DNA of 64,000 bases from Alphaproteobacteria bacterium (GCA_965262615.1 OZ253545.1:96001-160000); one strand, 5' to 3'; positions 50,991-60,411 are shown, numbered from the stretch's first letter. Notes: generated by a model not told the origin, from the letters alone. Program-made: numbers and translations.

Positions 50991-53900
50991 TTTTCAAACA
51001 TTTACCGACACCCATGTTTTGCTGGCGGACGGCGCAATGGGAACAAAGGTGCAGCAGCATGACTTGTCCGAAGAGGATTATTGGAACTGCGAAAATTGCA
51101 CCGATGTGTTGAGCCTGTCACGCCCCGATGTGATTGAAGAGATTCACGCCACCTACTTTGCCGCGGGAGCAGATGCGGTGGAAACCAACAGTTTTGGCGG
51201 CAGTGCCCTGACATTGCAAGAATTTGATTTGGGAGCGCGTTGCTTTGAGCTCAATGAAGCTTCCGCGCGCATTGCTCGGCGGGCGTGTGATCGTTTTGAT
51301 GACAATCGTTCTCGCTTTGTGTTGGGTTCTGTGGGCCCTGGCACTCGCCTGCCCTCACTGGGGCATGTGGATTACCGCACGCTGCATCAATCTTTTCTTG
51401 AGCAATGCAACGGTTTGATTGCGGGCGGCGTGGATGCCATGTTGATTGAAACCTGCCAAGATCCTCTGCAAGCCAAAGCCGCCATCAATGCCGCCAAAGA
51501 TGCCATGACGCAGCAATCACGCACCGTGCCTCTCATCTGTCAGGTGACCATAGAGACCAATGGTGCGATGCTGGTGGGCTCGGATATCAGTGCGGCGCTC
51601 AGTATTTTGTCGTCATTGGATGTGGCGATGATTGGACTCAATTGCGCCACAGGACCTCAAGAAATGCATGAGCACATTCAATTTCTTGCGGCGCACTGGC
51701 ACGGCAAAATATCGGCTCTGCCCAATGCCGGACTGCCCGAAGTGGTGGATGGCAAACCTCACTATCCTCTCACGCCCGATGGTTTGAGTCATTGGCTGAA
51801 GCGATTCGTCAGTGAATATGGCGTGGGCATGATTGGCGGCTGTTGCGGCACCGATGAGACGCACATTCAGGAACTTGACCAGATGTTGCGCCGCCTTGCT
51901 CCTGCCAATGGCTTGCGCCCCACGCCAAAAAAACGAGAGACCCAAGCTCATGAGGCGGCGGCATCGCTGTATCACGGTGTTCCCTATCGTCAGGAAAATG
52001 CTTTTTTCAATATAGGTGAACGCTGTAACGCCAATGGCAGTCGTTTGTTCAAACAGCTGCAAGAACAAGAGGATTGGGATGGCTGTGTGGAATTGGCGCG
52101 TGAACAAATCACAGACGGCGCACACGCCATTGATTTATGCACCGCCTTCGTGGGACGCAATGAGAAAAAAGAAATGAATGAGCTGGTCGCCCGCATGCGC
52201 GGCAGCGTCTCTGTTCCCCTCGTGATTGATTCCACCGAATACGATGTTCTGGAACAAGCCCTTGAGCTCTACGGCGGCAAAGCGGTGATTAATTCATTTA
52301 ATTTTGAAGACGGCATAGAGACAGCACGCAAACGCGTCTTGCTGGCACGACGCTTTGGCTGTGGCATCATCGGACTCACCATTGACGAGAACGGCATGGC
52401 AAAAGAGGTGGATGATAAAATCAAAGTCGCGCACCGCCTTTATCAGTTCGCCTGTGAAGAGCATGGCTTGCCACCCCACGATCTCTTCATTGATCCCCTC
52501 ACCTTTACCATCTGCACTGGCAATGCCGAAGACAGAGGGCATGGCATCAATACACTGCAGGCATTGAAGCGACTGCGCGATGAATTGCCACGAATTCAGC
52601 TGGTGCTGGGTTTATCCAACATTTCGTTTGGACTCAATGCGGCGGCTCGTCATTTGTTGAATTCCGTTTTTTTGCACGAGGCTCTGAAGGCGGGCATGAC
52701 AGCCGCCATCATTCATGTGAGTCGCATCATGCCACTGCACCAAATCAGCGATGATGACAAGCAGCTGGCAATGGATGTCATTTATGACAAGCGCACCGAG
52801 ACGCACGATCCTCTGCAACGGCTGATGGCGCGCTTTGCCGACCAAAAAGCCATGCAGAAAAAAAAGAAGGAGCGTCCCAAAGATGTCAAAGAACGCCTCA
52901 AGCTTCGCATCATTGACGGCGACCGCAAAGGATTGCACGAAGACCTTGACCAAGCCCGCCAAACCATCGCTCCCCTTGTCATCATCAATGAGATTTTGCT
53001 GGACGGCATGAAGGTGGTGGGTGACCTCTTCGGCAAAGGCGACATGCAACTGCCGTTCGTGTTGCAATCGGCGGAAACCATGAAACAGGCGGTGAGCCAT
53101 TTAGAGCCTCATCTGGATAAAGAAGACGGACAAAACAAAGGCGTGATGGTGCTTGCCACCGTCAAGGGGGATGTTCATGACATCGGCAAGAACTTGGTGG
53201 ATATCATTCTCAGCAATAACGGCTATCGGGTGATTAATTTGGGCATCAAGCAGCCTTTGGATTCTATTGTGCAGGCGGCGCGTGAACACAATGCCGATGC
53301 CATTGGCATGTCTGGCTTGTTGGTGAAATCCACCGTGATTATGCGGGATAATCTCAGGGAGATGAGTCAGATGGACATGTCCGTTCCTGTGATTTTGGGG
53401 GGTGCGGCACTCAATCGCCGTTATGTGGTGGAGGAATGTGCGCCCATCTATGAAAGCGGCGAGGTGGCCTATGCTCAAGATGCCTTTGACGGCTTGCGTC
53501 TGATGGATGCCATCAGCAACAACAGCTTTGCCGATGCCATCAGCGACCAAGTCAAGCGGGCAGAGCGGGTGATGAAGCGGGACAAAAAACCACCAGTCGC
53601 CACAGAACTGCGTCCCATCACCATGGTGAAAGGCAAGAAAATCAAGCCTGTCGCCGCCATTCCCGATGCTCCTTTTTTGGGTTCAAAGGTCATTTCGCAC
53701 ATTCCCATTGCCACCCTGATGCCCTATGTCAATCGCACGATGCTGTATCGTTTTCATTGGGGCTACAAGAAGGGCGGCAAAAGTCATAAGGATTTCACCG
53801 CATGGAGCAAAAAAGAACTAGACCCTCTGTTGCATCGTCTTGCCAAACAAAGCAAGCAAGAAGAAATTATGCATCCCCAAGCCTGTTATGGCTACTGGCG

Positions 53901-54447
53901 ATGCGCCAAAGAGGGCAACGCCCTTGTTCTTTTTGACGGCGATTTCAAAACCGAGTGTGCCCGTTTTGATTTGCCGCGCTCCACGCAAGGAAACTGCTTG
54001 TGCATCAGTGATTTCTTTCGCACTCGCGATGAGGGCGGTGACATCATCGCCCTGCAATTGGTGACCGTGGGCAGCAATGCCAGCGTGGTGGCGCAACAGT
54101 GGTTTGCCGATGACCGCTATGAGGACTATCTCTATCTGCACGGTTTTGGCGTGGAGTTGGCGGAGGCGGCGGCGGAATACATCCATCGCCGTATTCGTCA
54201 TGAGTGGGGCTTTGCTCAGAAGGATGCCGATGACCCGCAGTTGTTGCTCAAGCAACGCTATCGGGGCGCGCGCTATAGCTTTGGCTATCCCGCCTGTCCT
54301 CATTTGGGTGACCAGAAAAAACTGATTGAATTGCTGCAGGCGGAAAAAATCGGTGTCACCCTCACCGAAGAAGACCAATTAGACCCCGAACAATCCACCT
54401 CTGCCATTGTGGTGCATCATCCTGATGCCCATTATTTTATTGTATGA
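50983..54447 (+). CDS. metH: B12-dependent methionine synthase
   Basis: DGAMGT, GGCCGT, IGERCN, GDVHDIGKN cobalamin motif, RYSFGYPACP. Confidence 0.97.
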   Translation: MTDFQTFTDTHVLLADGAMGTKVQQHDLSEEDYWNCENCTDVLSLSRPDVIEEIHATYFAAGADAVETNSFGGSALTLQEFDLGARCFELNEASARIARRACDRFDDNRSRFVLGSVGPGTRLPSLGHVDYRTLHQSFLEQCNGLIAGGVDAMLIETCQDPLQAKAAINAAKDAMTQQSRTVPLICQVTIETNGAMLVGSDISAALSILSSLDVAMIGLNCATGPQEMHEHIQFLAAHWHGKISALPNAGLPEVVDGKPHYPLTPDGLSHWLKRFVSEYGVGMIGGCCGTDETHIQELDQMLRRLAPANGLRPTPKKRETQAHEAAASLYHGVPYRQENAFFNIGERCNANGSRLFKQLQEQEDWDGCVELAREQITDGAHAIDLCTAFVGRNEKKEMNELVARMRGSVSVPLVIDSTEYDVLEQALELYGGKAVINSFNFEDGIETARKRVLLARRFGCGIIGLTIDENGMAKEVDDKIKVAHRLYQFACEEHGLPPHDLFIDPLTFTICTGNAEDRGHGINTLQALKRLRDELPRIQLVLGLSNISFGLNAAARHLLNSVFLHEALKAGMTAAIIHVSRIMPLHQISDDDKQLAMDVIYDKRTETHDPLQRLMARFADQKAMQKKKKERPKDVKERLKLRIIDGDRKGLHEDLDQARQTIAPLVIINEILLDGMKVVGDLFGKGDMQLPFVLQSAETMKQAVSHLEPHLDKEDGQNKGVMVLATVKGDVHDIGKNLVDIILSNNGYRVINLGIKQPLDSIVQAAREHNADAIGMSGLLVKSTVIMRDNLREMSQMDMSVPVILGGAALNRRYVVEECAPIYESGEVAYAQDAFDGLRLMDAISNNSFADAISDQVKRAERVMKRDKKPPVATELRPITMVKGKKIKPVAAIPDAPFLGSKVISHIPIATLMPYVNRTMLYRFHWGYKKGGKSHKDFTAWSKKELDPLLHRLAKQSKQEEIMHPQACYGYWRCAKEGNALVLFDGDFKTECARFDLPRSTQGNCLCISDFFRTRDEGGDIIALQLVTVGSNASVVAQQWFADDRYEDYLYLHGFGVELAEAAAEYIHRRIRHEWGFAQKDADDPQLLLKQRYRGARYSFGYPACPHLGDQKKLIELLQAEKIGVTLTEEDQLDPEQSTSAIVVHHPDAHYFIV

Positions 54448-54459
54448 ACTGTGGGATGA

Positions 54460-56175
54460 CTATGTGATACGCCATACCGCTGTCGCTTGCCTAGCAAGCC
54501 ACTGTTGATGTTGATTGAGGCTTTCAATATCCCAAGTATCAGCTTCAGCTATTTTATTGTTAATGGCTAAACCAACCTTTTTTAATACCTTTCGCTTTTC
54601 CTCAAAAGGCTCTTGACCCAATTGGGTGCTTTTGGGAAGCAACGCGATGTTGCCGAGACGCTCTCTCGCTTCGTAGTAGGTATCCAAACCAAAACTTTCC
54701 TGCCAGTGATTTTCAGGTGAGTACGGCAATACATGCTCCACAGTCAAGTCGTCGGTGGAGGGGGGGGATGGAGCTTTATTGCAATGCCTTTCTATTTCGC
54801 TCAGAATATGTAGAATTTTCTTATTGTGTTTTTTAAGCATGCTTTTTCGAGAAAAAGCATGCTTAAATTCCTCGTCATTCGGATATATAGATAATAGTCT
54901 TTCTTTTGTGCTGGTGATTATTTGTTTATCACCAGCATTATTAGGTTTTTTTTCTTCTGTGATTTTATTAACCAGCTCATTATATCTCCTTTCTTGTTCT
55001 TTGGAGTCTTTTCCGCAAATCACATTATAGCGAATGGATACGACAACTATCCATTGCAGAACTTTGGCAAAATCTTCTGCAGAAAAATTTGCGTAGACTG
55101 CCATCAATAGACTTAAGGGTGCTTTTATATTGAAGAGCCTTAAAGTCCGCAGGCTATCAACAATCTTGTAGCTAACCTCTTTCCAAAAATCATCATCTGG
55201 ATTTTGTAAAGCGGCGTAAATAGGCGCGTACTTTTTTATCCCTTGTAAATAGGGAGGCACTTGATTAGGAGATGTAATTTTATCTCTCAATTCGCGATAG
55301 AGCGATTTTTTAGCTATCAAAGTGTCAAACATACCGTGATAACTACGCAAGAATGAAGTAAAATTAGTAACCTCAAGTTGGTCAAGCACATGAAACCAGT
55401 CCTCGCTCAAATCCTCAAGATATTCTTGACTTAGACCATCCTTTTCATCTACTAATGAAAAAAGATAATTTTTGAGCAAATCAGGTGCAGATAAATGCAT
55501 GCCCCGTGCATTAAGCGTTTCAAAAATGACAAAGGCATCCGAAGCGTTCGGGACCGTTATGGTGGTGAATAGAAATCCCTGACGAACATTATCAAGAAAA
55601 TTAATCAACTCATCATCACTGTACTCTTTCATCTTTTCTTGAAAAAATTTAAGAGCCTTGCTTAATTTTCTATTACTTGCACGAATTTTTCGTACTTCAG
55701 GCACTTCATAGATATTCATTGTAGCCATTTCCTTCAAATGATCCTTGTTATTTCTATTGAGGATTAATTTGAGCGAAGTTTTGAGGTTTGTCGGATTAAA
55801 AACACCAAGATAGGTGTTATGATAATATTTAACCCTTTCTTCGTTGTCTTCCACAGAGATGTTATCATTGATGAGTTGCTGAAATCGGTGCAAGGCAGCG
55901 ATGATCATCAAGGTAATGGTGGTCAGGCGTTGTTGTCCGTCTATAACCGTAAAGGCTTCTCTATCCTTGGTCTGCAAAACCAAATATCCCATAAAGTGTT
56001 GAGTTCCCCCTTGACTCATATTTTCGTAGTCCTCCCACAATTCATCAATCTGTTCTTGTTCCCATGAGTAGTCCCTTTGAAACGAAGGAACTTTATAGCT
56101 TTTGCTATTACTCATGATGTCAGAAAAGGTTTTGTTTTCTGGCTCAAGGTATATTTTTGTAAATTGCTTGCTCAT
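54460..56175 (-). CDS. DUF262 + DUF1524 protein (GmrSD-like type IV restriction family)
   Basis: VPSFQRDYSW, IDGQQRLTT, FETLNARG; C-terminal VEHVLP and RLGNIALL; AAGGAG RBS before ATG 56175; AT-rich. Confidence 0.9.
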   Translation of the reverse strand: MSKQFTKIYLEPENKTFSDIMSNSKSYKVPSFQRDYSWEQEQIDELWEDYENMSQGGTQHFMGYLVLQTKDREAFTVIDGQQRLTTITLMIIAALHRFQQLINDNISVEDNEERVKYYHNTYLGVFNPTNLKTSLKLILNRNNKDHLKEMATMNIYEVPEVRKIRASNRKLSKALKFFQEKMKEYSDDELINFLDNVRQGFLFTTITVPNASDAFVIFETLNARGMHLSAPDLLKNYLFSLVDEKDGLSQEYLEDLSEDWFHVLDQLEVTNFTSFLRSYHGMFDTLIAKKSLYRELRDKITSPNQVPPYLQGIKKYAPIYAALQNPDDDFWKEVSYKIVDSLRTLRLFNIKAPLSLLMAVYANFSAEDFAKVLQWIVVVSIRYNVICGKDSKEQERRYNELVNKITEEKKPNNAGDKQIITSTKERLLSIYPNDEEFKHAFSRKSMLKKHNKKILHILSEIERHCNKAPSPPSTDDLTVEHVLPYSPENHWQESFGLDTYYEARERLGNIALLPKSTQLGQEPFEEKRKVLKKVGLAINNKIAEADTWDIESLNQHQQWLARQATAVWRIT

Positions 56176-56395
56176 TGTTGTTACTCCTTGACTCATGGCA
56201 TCACAAAGACGACTCCATATTACTTTTACACATTGTTTTCAATTGAAATCAACACCAACGATTTTGAAAATTTCCACCGCAAAAGTTTATGGTGCGAGCG
56301 ATCACCCTTTCATATTTTTTTATCATATTCAGGTTTTATTAAGACAAAAATTCTATAACAAAGGCATCAGTCAACCACAACGATGGAGAAAGATC

Positions 56396-56470
56396 ATGTG
56401 GAACACGCCCAAAGTGACCGAAGTGTCTGTCGGACTTGAAATCAACAGCTATGCCTGTGCCGAAGTCTAA
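56396..56470 (+). CDS. pqqA: PQQ precursor peptide PqqA, copy 1
   Basis: MWNTPKVTEVSVGLEINSYACAEV: W..P...E..VG.E-x3-Y motif; GGAG RBS. Confidence 0.92.
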   Translation: MWNTPKVTEVSVGLEINSYACAEV

Positions 56471-56488
56471 GTGACGACACACACATTC

Positions 56489-56529
56489 TTAAGAAAAGCG
56501 GATGCCTCATTGGTGTCCGCTTTTCTTAA
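56489..56529. terminator. Intrinsic terminator hairpin after pqqA copy 1
   Basis: TTAAGAAAAGCGGATGCC-TCATT-GGTGTCCGCTTTTCTTAA inverted repeat. Confidence 0.8.
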
Positions 56530-56649
56530 TTCAGAGTCAGCCCGCCCGTGACGGCTTGACGCACAAAATTTTTCTTTCATATTCAGGTTTTATTAAGACA
56601 AAAATTCTATAACAAAAGCATCAGTCAACCACAGCAACGGAGAAAGACC

Positions 56650-56724
56650 ATGTGGAACACACCCAAAGTGACCGAAGTGTCTGTCGGACTTGAAATCAAC
56701 AGCTATGCCTGTGCAGAAGTCTAA
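56650..56724 (+). CDS. pqqA: PQQ precursor peptide PqqA, copy 2 (identical peptide)
   Basis: Same 24-aa peptide; two synonymous changes (ACG/ACA, GCC/GCA). Confidence 0.92.
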   Translation: MWNTPKVTEVSVGLEINSYACAEV

Positions 56725-56746
56725 GTGATGACACACACATTCTTGT

Positions 56747-56779
56747 GAAAAGCGGATGCCCCATGGGTGTCCGCTTTTC
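56747..56779. terminator. Bidirectional terminator between pqqA copy 2 and anmK
   Basis: GAAAAGCGGATGCCC...GGGTGTCCGCTTTTC inverted repeat. Confidence 0.8.
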
Positions 56780-56783
56780 TGAT

Positions 56784-57908
56784 TCAGGGTTGCCACACCA
56801 GCCCGCCCGTGACGGCTTGACGCACCCCCGTTGTGCTGGGAAGGGTGAGTGGCAAGCCCCGCATCGCCCGCACCGCGAGCCACGCAAAAGCCTGTGCCTC
56901 CACCCCATCGCCCTGCCAGCCGCGCGCATCACAATCAATGAGCTGTCCATCCCACTTCTCCTGCAACAAAGACATCAACTGCTTTTGATGGCGTCCGCCG
57001 CCACACACCACCACATCGCAATGCACGCCCATCACCTTTGCCAATTGATGCAGAGCCACCATCACCCCCACTGCCGTGCAATGAATCCAAGTGGCACAGC
57101 CATCCGCCAGTGACAAGGAAGCGAATGCCTCTTGCATCACCTCGTGAAAATCCTGACGATGCAACGCACGCGGCTTGTGCCAAAATTCCCCTGCAAAAAA
57201 AGAATGTCCCCCATAGCGCGCCACCGTTTCTTCATGAGGCTGTCCGTGCACCGCCAGCTCATCGCGCTGCACCCAATCATGCAATCCGTGATTGAGACAA
57301 AAATCATTGAGCAACGCCATGCCCACGCCCACATCACTGGCGCGCACATCATCGGGGGCAATGAGTGCCGTCACATTGGCAATGCCGCCAATGTTCATGA
57401 TGGCAAGGGGCGGATGCCATCCATCGGCACGCGCCAACGCCTGATGAAACAACGGCACAAGCGGCGCGCCCTGCCCGCCATGTGCCAGATCGCCATCACG
57501 AAAACGATTCACCACCCGCGTTTTCATCTGCACCGCCATCTGTTGTCCATCACCCAACTGCCAGCACCACCGTGCCTGTGGCGCATGACGCAAGGTCTGA
57601 CCATGAAATCCAATCACATCACAATGAGACACCCCATGACGATTCATAAAGTCAGCAAGAATGTCACAGTGATGCTGAGTCAAACGCCGTTCTATGTCAT
57701 TGAAAAAATCATTATGCACGGGGGCATCATAGTCATGACTGCGCGCCACCGCCTGATGCAGCTGCTCGCGCCACGAGGCATCATAAGCATGAGTCTCACA
57801 CGCACCGCGATCAATGACATTGTCCCCATCGGTGTCAATGACGGCAACATCCACGCCATCCATGGATGTGCCACTCATCAACCCAATGGCGGTGAAGCGG
57901 TCAGTCAT
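56784..57908 (-). CDS. anmK: Anhydro-N-acetylmuramic acid kinase
   Basis: GLMSGTSMDGVD, GFHGQT, GGQGAPLVP, NIGGIAN, CGGG, EAQAFAWLA. Confidence 0.95.
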   Translation of the reverse strand: MTDRFTAIGLMSGTSMDGVDVAVIDTDGDNVIDRGACETHAYDASWREQLHQAVARSHDYDAPVHNDFFNDIERRLTQHHCDILADFMNRHGVSHCDVIGFHGQTLRHAPQARWCWQLGDGQQMAVQMKTRVVNRFRDGDLAHGGQGAPLVPLFHQALARADGWHPPLAIMNIGGIANVTALIAPDDVRASDVGVGMALLNDFCLNHGLHDWVQRDELAVHGQPHEETVARYGGHSFFAGEFWHKPRALHRQDFHEVMQEAFASLSLADGCATWIHCTAVGVMVALHQLAKVMGVHCDVVVCGGGRHQKQLMSLLQEKWDGQLIDCDARGWQGDGVEAQAFAWLAVRAMRGLPLTLPSTTGVRQAVTGGLVWQP

Positions 57909-58614
57909 GCCACCCCAGATCCGATACGATTTTTTTTACAATGGGCAAAGTGATGGGTGTGCGATTCTGCGTCACATAATGCTCCAGACGACTGGCAAAG
58001 GATTTCATCTCATGGGGCGCGTTGGGCAACCTCGTCATCAGCCAATTGACAACGGGATGAGGAAGCGTCAAGCCTCGCTCGTGCAGAATTTTAAGCAGCA
58101 TGCCCAGCAGCACATCGTCATCCATCTGTAATTGCAAGAGAGCCAGTGCGGTCAAACGAGACAGCAAGTCTGGCATCATCGTGCCTTTCCACACCTGTGG
58201 CGGCACGGCACTGGCAAACAACAACGGACGACCACACAGATACGCCTCATTCATCAAATGAAACAACGCCTCCTCATAGCGGGCATTGAACTGAAGCTGA
58301 TGCACATCATCAATGATGAGGGGCAGGGACACATCACGCGCCCGCCGTGACTCCAATTGATGAATGGTGAGCACATCCGCCCCAGCCGCCGACGCAACCA
58401 TGTGAAGACAATGGGTCTTACCGGCTTGCGCCGCCGCCACCAACAAAAAAGAAGGCGATGCTCCCCACAAGGGCCACTGAGGAAATTTCTCAAGCCATTC
58501 AAAGGCGTGACGATTGGCATCGGTCACGAGAAAGTTCTCATGAGCAAAGGAGACACGAGGAGCAAAATGAAAAAATCCCTGTGCGTATGTCATGGTGTGC
58601 CTGTCATGGTGCAT
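57901..58614 (-). CDS. hdaA: HdaA / DnaA-like regulatory inactivator
   Basis: ENFLVTDAN..A, GKTH, IIDDV, EEALFHLMN, PDLLSRL; follows the perM-like gene. Confidence 0.82.
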   Translation of the reverse strand: MHHDRHTMTYAQGFFHFAPRVSFAHENFLVTDANRHAFEWLEKFPQWPLWGASPSFLLVAAAQAGKTHCLHMVASAAGADVLTIHQLESRRARDVSLPLIIDDVHQLQFNARYEEALFHLMNEAYLCGRPLLFASAVPPQVWKGTMMPDLLSRLTALALLQLQMDDDVLLGMLLKILHERGLTLPHPVVNWLMTRLPNAPHEMKSFASRLEHYVTQNRTPITLPIVKKIVSDLGWHD

Positions 58615-58617
58615 ATG

Positions 58618-59709
58618 TCATGAGGATTTTTTGCGCCCATAAAAATCGGAGCTGTGCCAGAATTGCTGTGCCATGCGCCCAAAGACCACCAGCACGGCAG
58701 CCACAGGAGCGGCAATAATTGCGCCCACCAAGCCCGCCTGTGCGCCGCCAAAAAACACCATGAACAAAAACAACAACGGATGCACACCGCTCGCCAATCC
58801 CACATAGCGCGGCGTCAGATAAAAACTCTCCACCATATTGCCCGCAACACACAGTGGCAGAAGCCACATGACAATATTCATCTCAAAAGACACCGCCAGT
58901 GATGCCACCAAAACTCCTGCCACAAAACCCAAATAAGGAATCAAAATCAGCACCCCATTGAGAAATGCCAAAGCCAAAGCAAACGGCACGCCCAGTAAGG
59001 AAAAAATCAGGCTGTAATAAAGGCTCATGATTAAGATCACCGTTCCATATCCTCGCACGGTGGTGGCAAGGGCATCATCCAGCATGGTGGCGGCATGACC
59101 AAGGGACTGCTGCAGGCGTGGCGGAATCATCTTATGTACCCATGCCACGATTGCCTCCCGATCCTGCAGCATCATAAAAGCAATAATGGGCGTGATCAAA
59201 ATGAAGCCAAACAAATTGAGCACCGCCATGCCGCCCGTGAGCAGTGATTGAAAGAGAAAAGACCCGCCATCCCATAGCGAGTTCCACGGAATGGCTTTGA
59301 GCCACACCAGACCCTGTTGAGCCGAAAAAAGATTGTCATGAATCACGCCTTGCTGCTTGCCATAGATGACCCACCGAGCAATAATCTGCCGCACCTGCTC
59401 CAATTGGTCAGGGACACTGGCGATGAATTGGGCAAGTTCTGCCAGCACGAGTGGCAACCATCCCAGCATCAGCACATAGGTGACAATAAAAAACACCGTC
59501 ACCGCCATCAATGCCGCCGCCACCGCCGACATGGAGCGGCACAGCCGCAAAAATAACGGTGTCATTACATACGCCACAAACGCCCCCAGCACAAAGGGCA
59601 TCACGACCGCACGGGTGATGTACATCACCACCATCACACACACCGAAGCGATGCCGATGAACAACAGAGATTCTTTTTGCACCTGCGAGGAAATTGGTTT
59701 GCTGGTCAT
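58618..59709 (-). CDS. AI-2E family (PerM) transporter
   Basis: PF....AYVM.P, LIPYLG, ESFYLTPRYVG, GVHPL, G.IIAAP. Confidence 0.88.
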   Translation of the reverse strand: MTSKPISSQVQKESLLFIGIASVCVMVVMYITRAVVMPFVLGAFVAYVMTPLFLRLCRSMSAVAAALMAVTVFFIVTYVLMLGWLPLVLAELAQFIASVPDQLEQVRQIIARWVIYGKQQGVIHDNLFSAQQGLVWLKAIPWNSLWDGGSFLFQSLLTGGMAVLNLFGFILITPIIAFMMLQDREAIVAWVHKMIPPRLQQSLGHAATMLDDALATTVRGYGTVILIMSLYYSLIFSLLGVPFALALAFLNGVLILIPYLGFVAGVLVASLAVSFEMNIVMWLLPLCVAGNMVESFYLTPRYVGLASGVHPLLFLFMVFFGGAQAGLVGAIIAAPVAAVLVVFGRMAQQFWHSSDFYGRKKSS

Positions 59710-59751
59710 GATGAATGCCCTTAATCAGATGAACAACAGAGATTCTTTTTT

Positions 59752-59826
59752 TGGTGGGCGCGATAGGGATTGAACCTATGACCTCTCCCGTGTGAGGGGA
59801 GCGCTCTCCCGCTGAGCTACGCGCCC
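59752..59826 (-). tRNA. tRNA-Val (CAC)
   Basis: Reverse complement GGGCGCGTAGCTCAGCGGGAGAGCGCTCCCCTCACACGGGAGAGGTCATAGGTTCAATCCCTATCGCGCCCACCA. Confidence 0.95.
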
Positions 59827-59838
59827 AAAAAACGCGTT

Positions 59839-59962
59839 TATATCACATCACTTCAAAACATTCCATTGTCATTAAAACATGCCATTGTCATTTTGACTAG
59901 CGGTGGAAATCGACTGAATGACATCCCAGTGTTCCAAAATGATGCGTTTGAAAGTCACCTTT
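59839..59962 (-). pseudogene. Deleted remnant copy of the SnoaL-like gene 3' part
   Basis: Encodes KVTFKRI joined to ILEHWDVIQSISTASQNDNGMF*, matching two separate segments of 59982-60365, plus the downstream TATATCACATCA. Confidence 0.8.
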
Positions 59963-59981
59963 TAGTCTATATCACATCATC

Positions 59982-60365
59982 CTAAAACATTCCGTTGTCA
60001 TTTTGACTGGCAATGGGCATAGACTGGATGACATCCCAATGCTCCACAATTTTTCCTGCCTCATCAAGGCGAAAAATATCCATGCACGCATAATTTTCAC
60101 CGCCGCCCCATTCTTGATGGCAATGCAGCACCACATAATTGCCATCGGCAAAGACGCGTTTGAAAGTCACCTTTTTATGAGGATACGCCGCCGCCATGCG
60201 TTCGAAATAATCAACAAATCCCTGTTTTCCTGTGGCAACATGAGGATTGTGTTGAATGTAATCATCGCCGCCATAGCGTTGCATGGCGGCTTGAGGCTTG
60301 GCTTGATTAAACATCACATCATAAAATGCGACCACATTTTTTTTGTTTCTGTCCTGCGGTGTCAT
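59982..60365 (-). CDS. SnoaL-like / NTF2 family protein
   Basis: YIQHNPHV..GK.GF, DGNYVVLH, DIFRLD..GKIVEHWDV. Confidence 0.88.
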   Translation of the reverse strand: MTPQDRNKKNVVAFYDVMFNQAKPQAAMQRYGGDDYIQHNPHVATGKQGFVDYFERMAAAYPHKKVTFKRVFADGNYVVLHCHQEWGGGENYACMDIFRLDEAGKIVEHWDVIQSMPIASQNDNGMF

Positions 60366-60411
60366 CAAGGACACGATTGCACATTGCGCGATAAAAAGCG
60401 ATACTAAAAAA

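Larger units (their letters stand above)
56323..56825 (+). repeat. Tandem duplication with about 254-bp period: pqqA upstream region + pqqA + terminator + anmK 3' end
   Basis: Copies at about 56323-56564 and 56577-56825, highly similar with scattered differences. Confidence 0.95.

Noticed and set aside
56195-56470. 91-aa ORF ending in the PqqA sequence
   Set aside because: The upstream extension is incidental; the RBS and the second copy place the start at 56396.
58410-58450. Degenerate Walker A (AAAQAGKT) in HdaA
   Set aside because: Hda-family proteins are often atypical here, and the A-x4-GKT form still fits the P-loop consensus.
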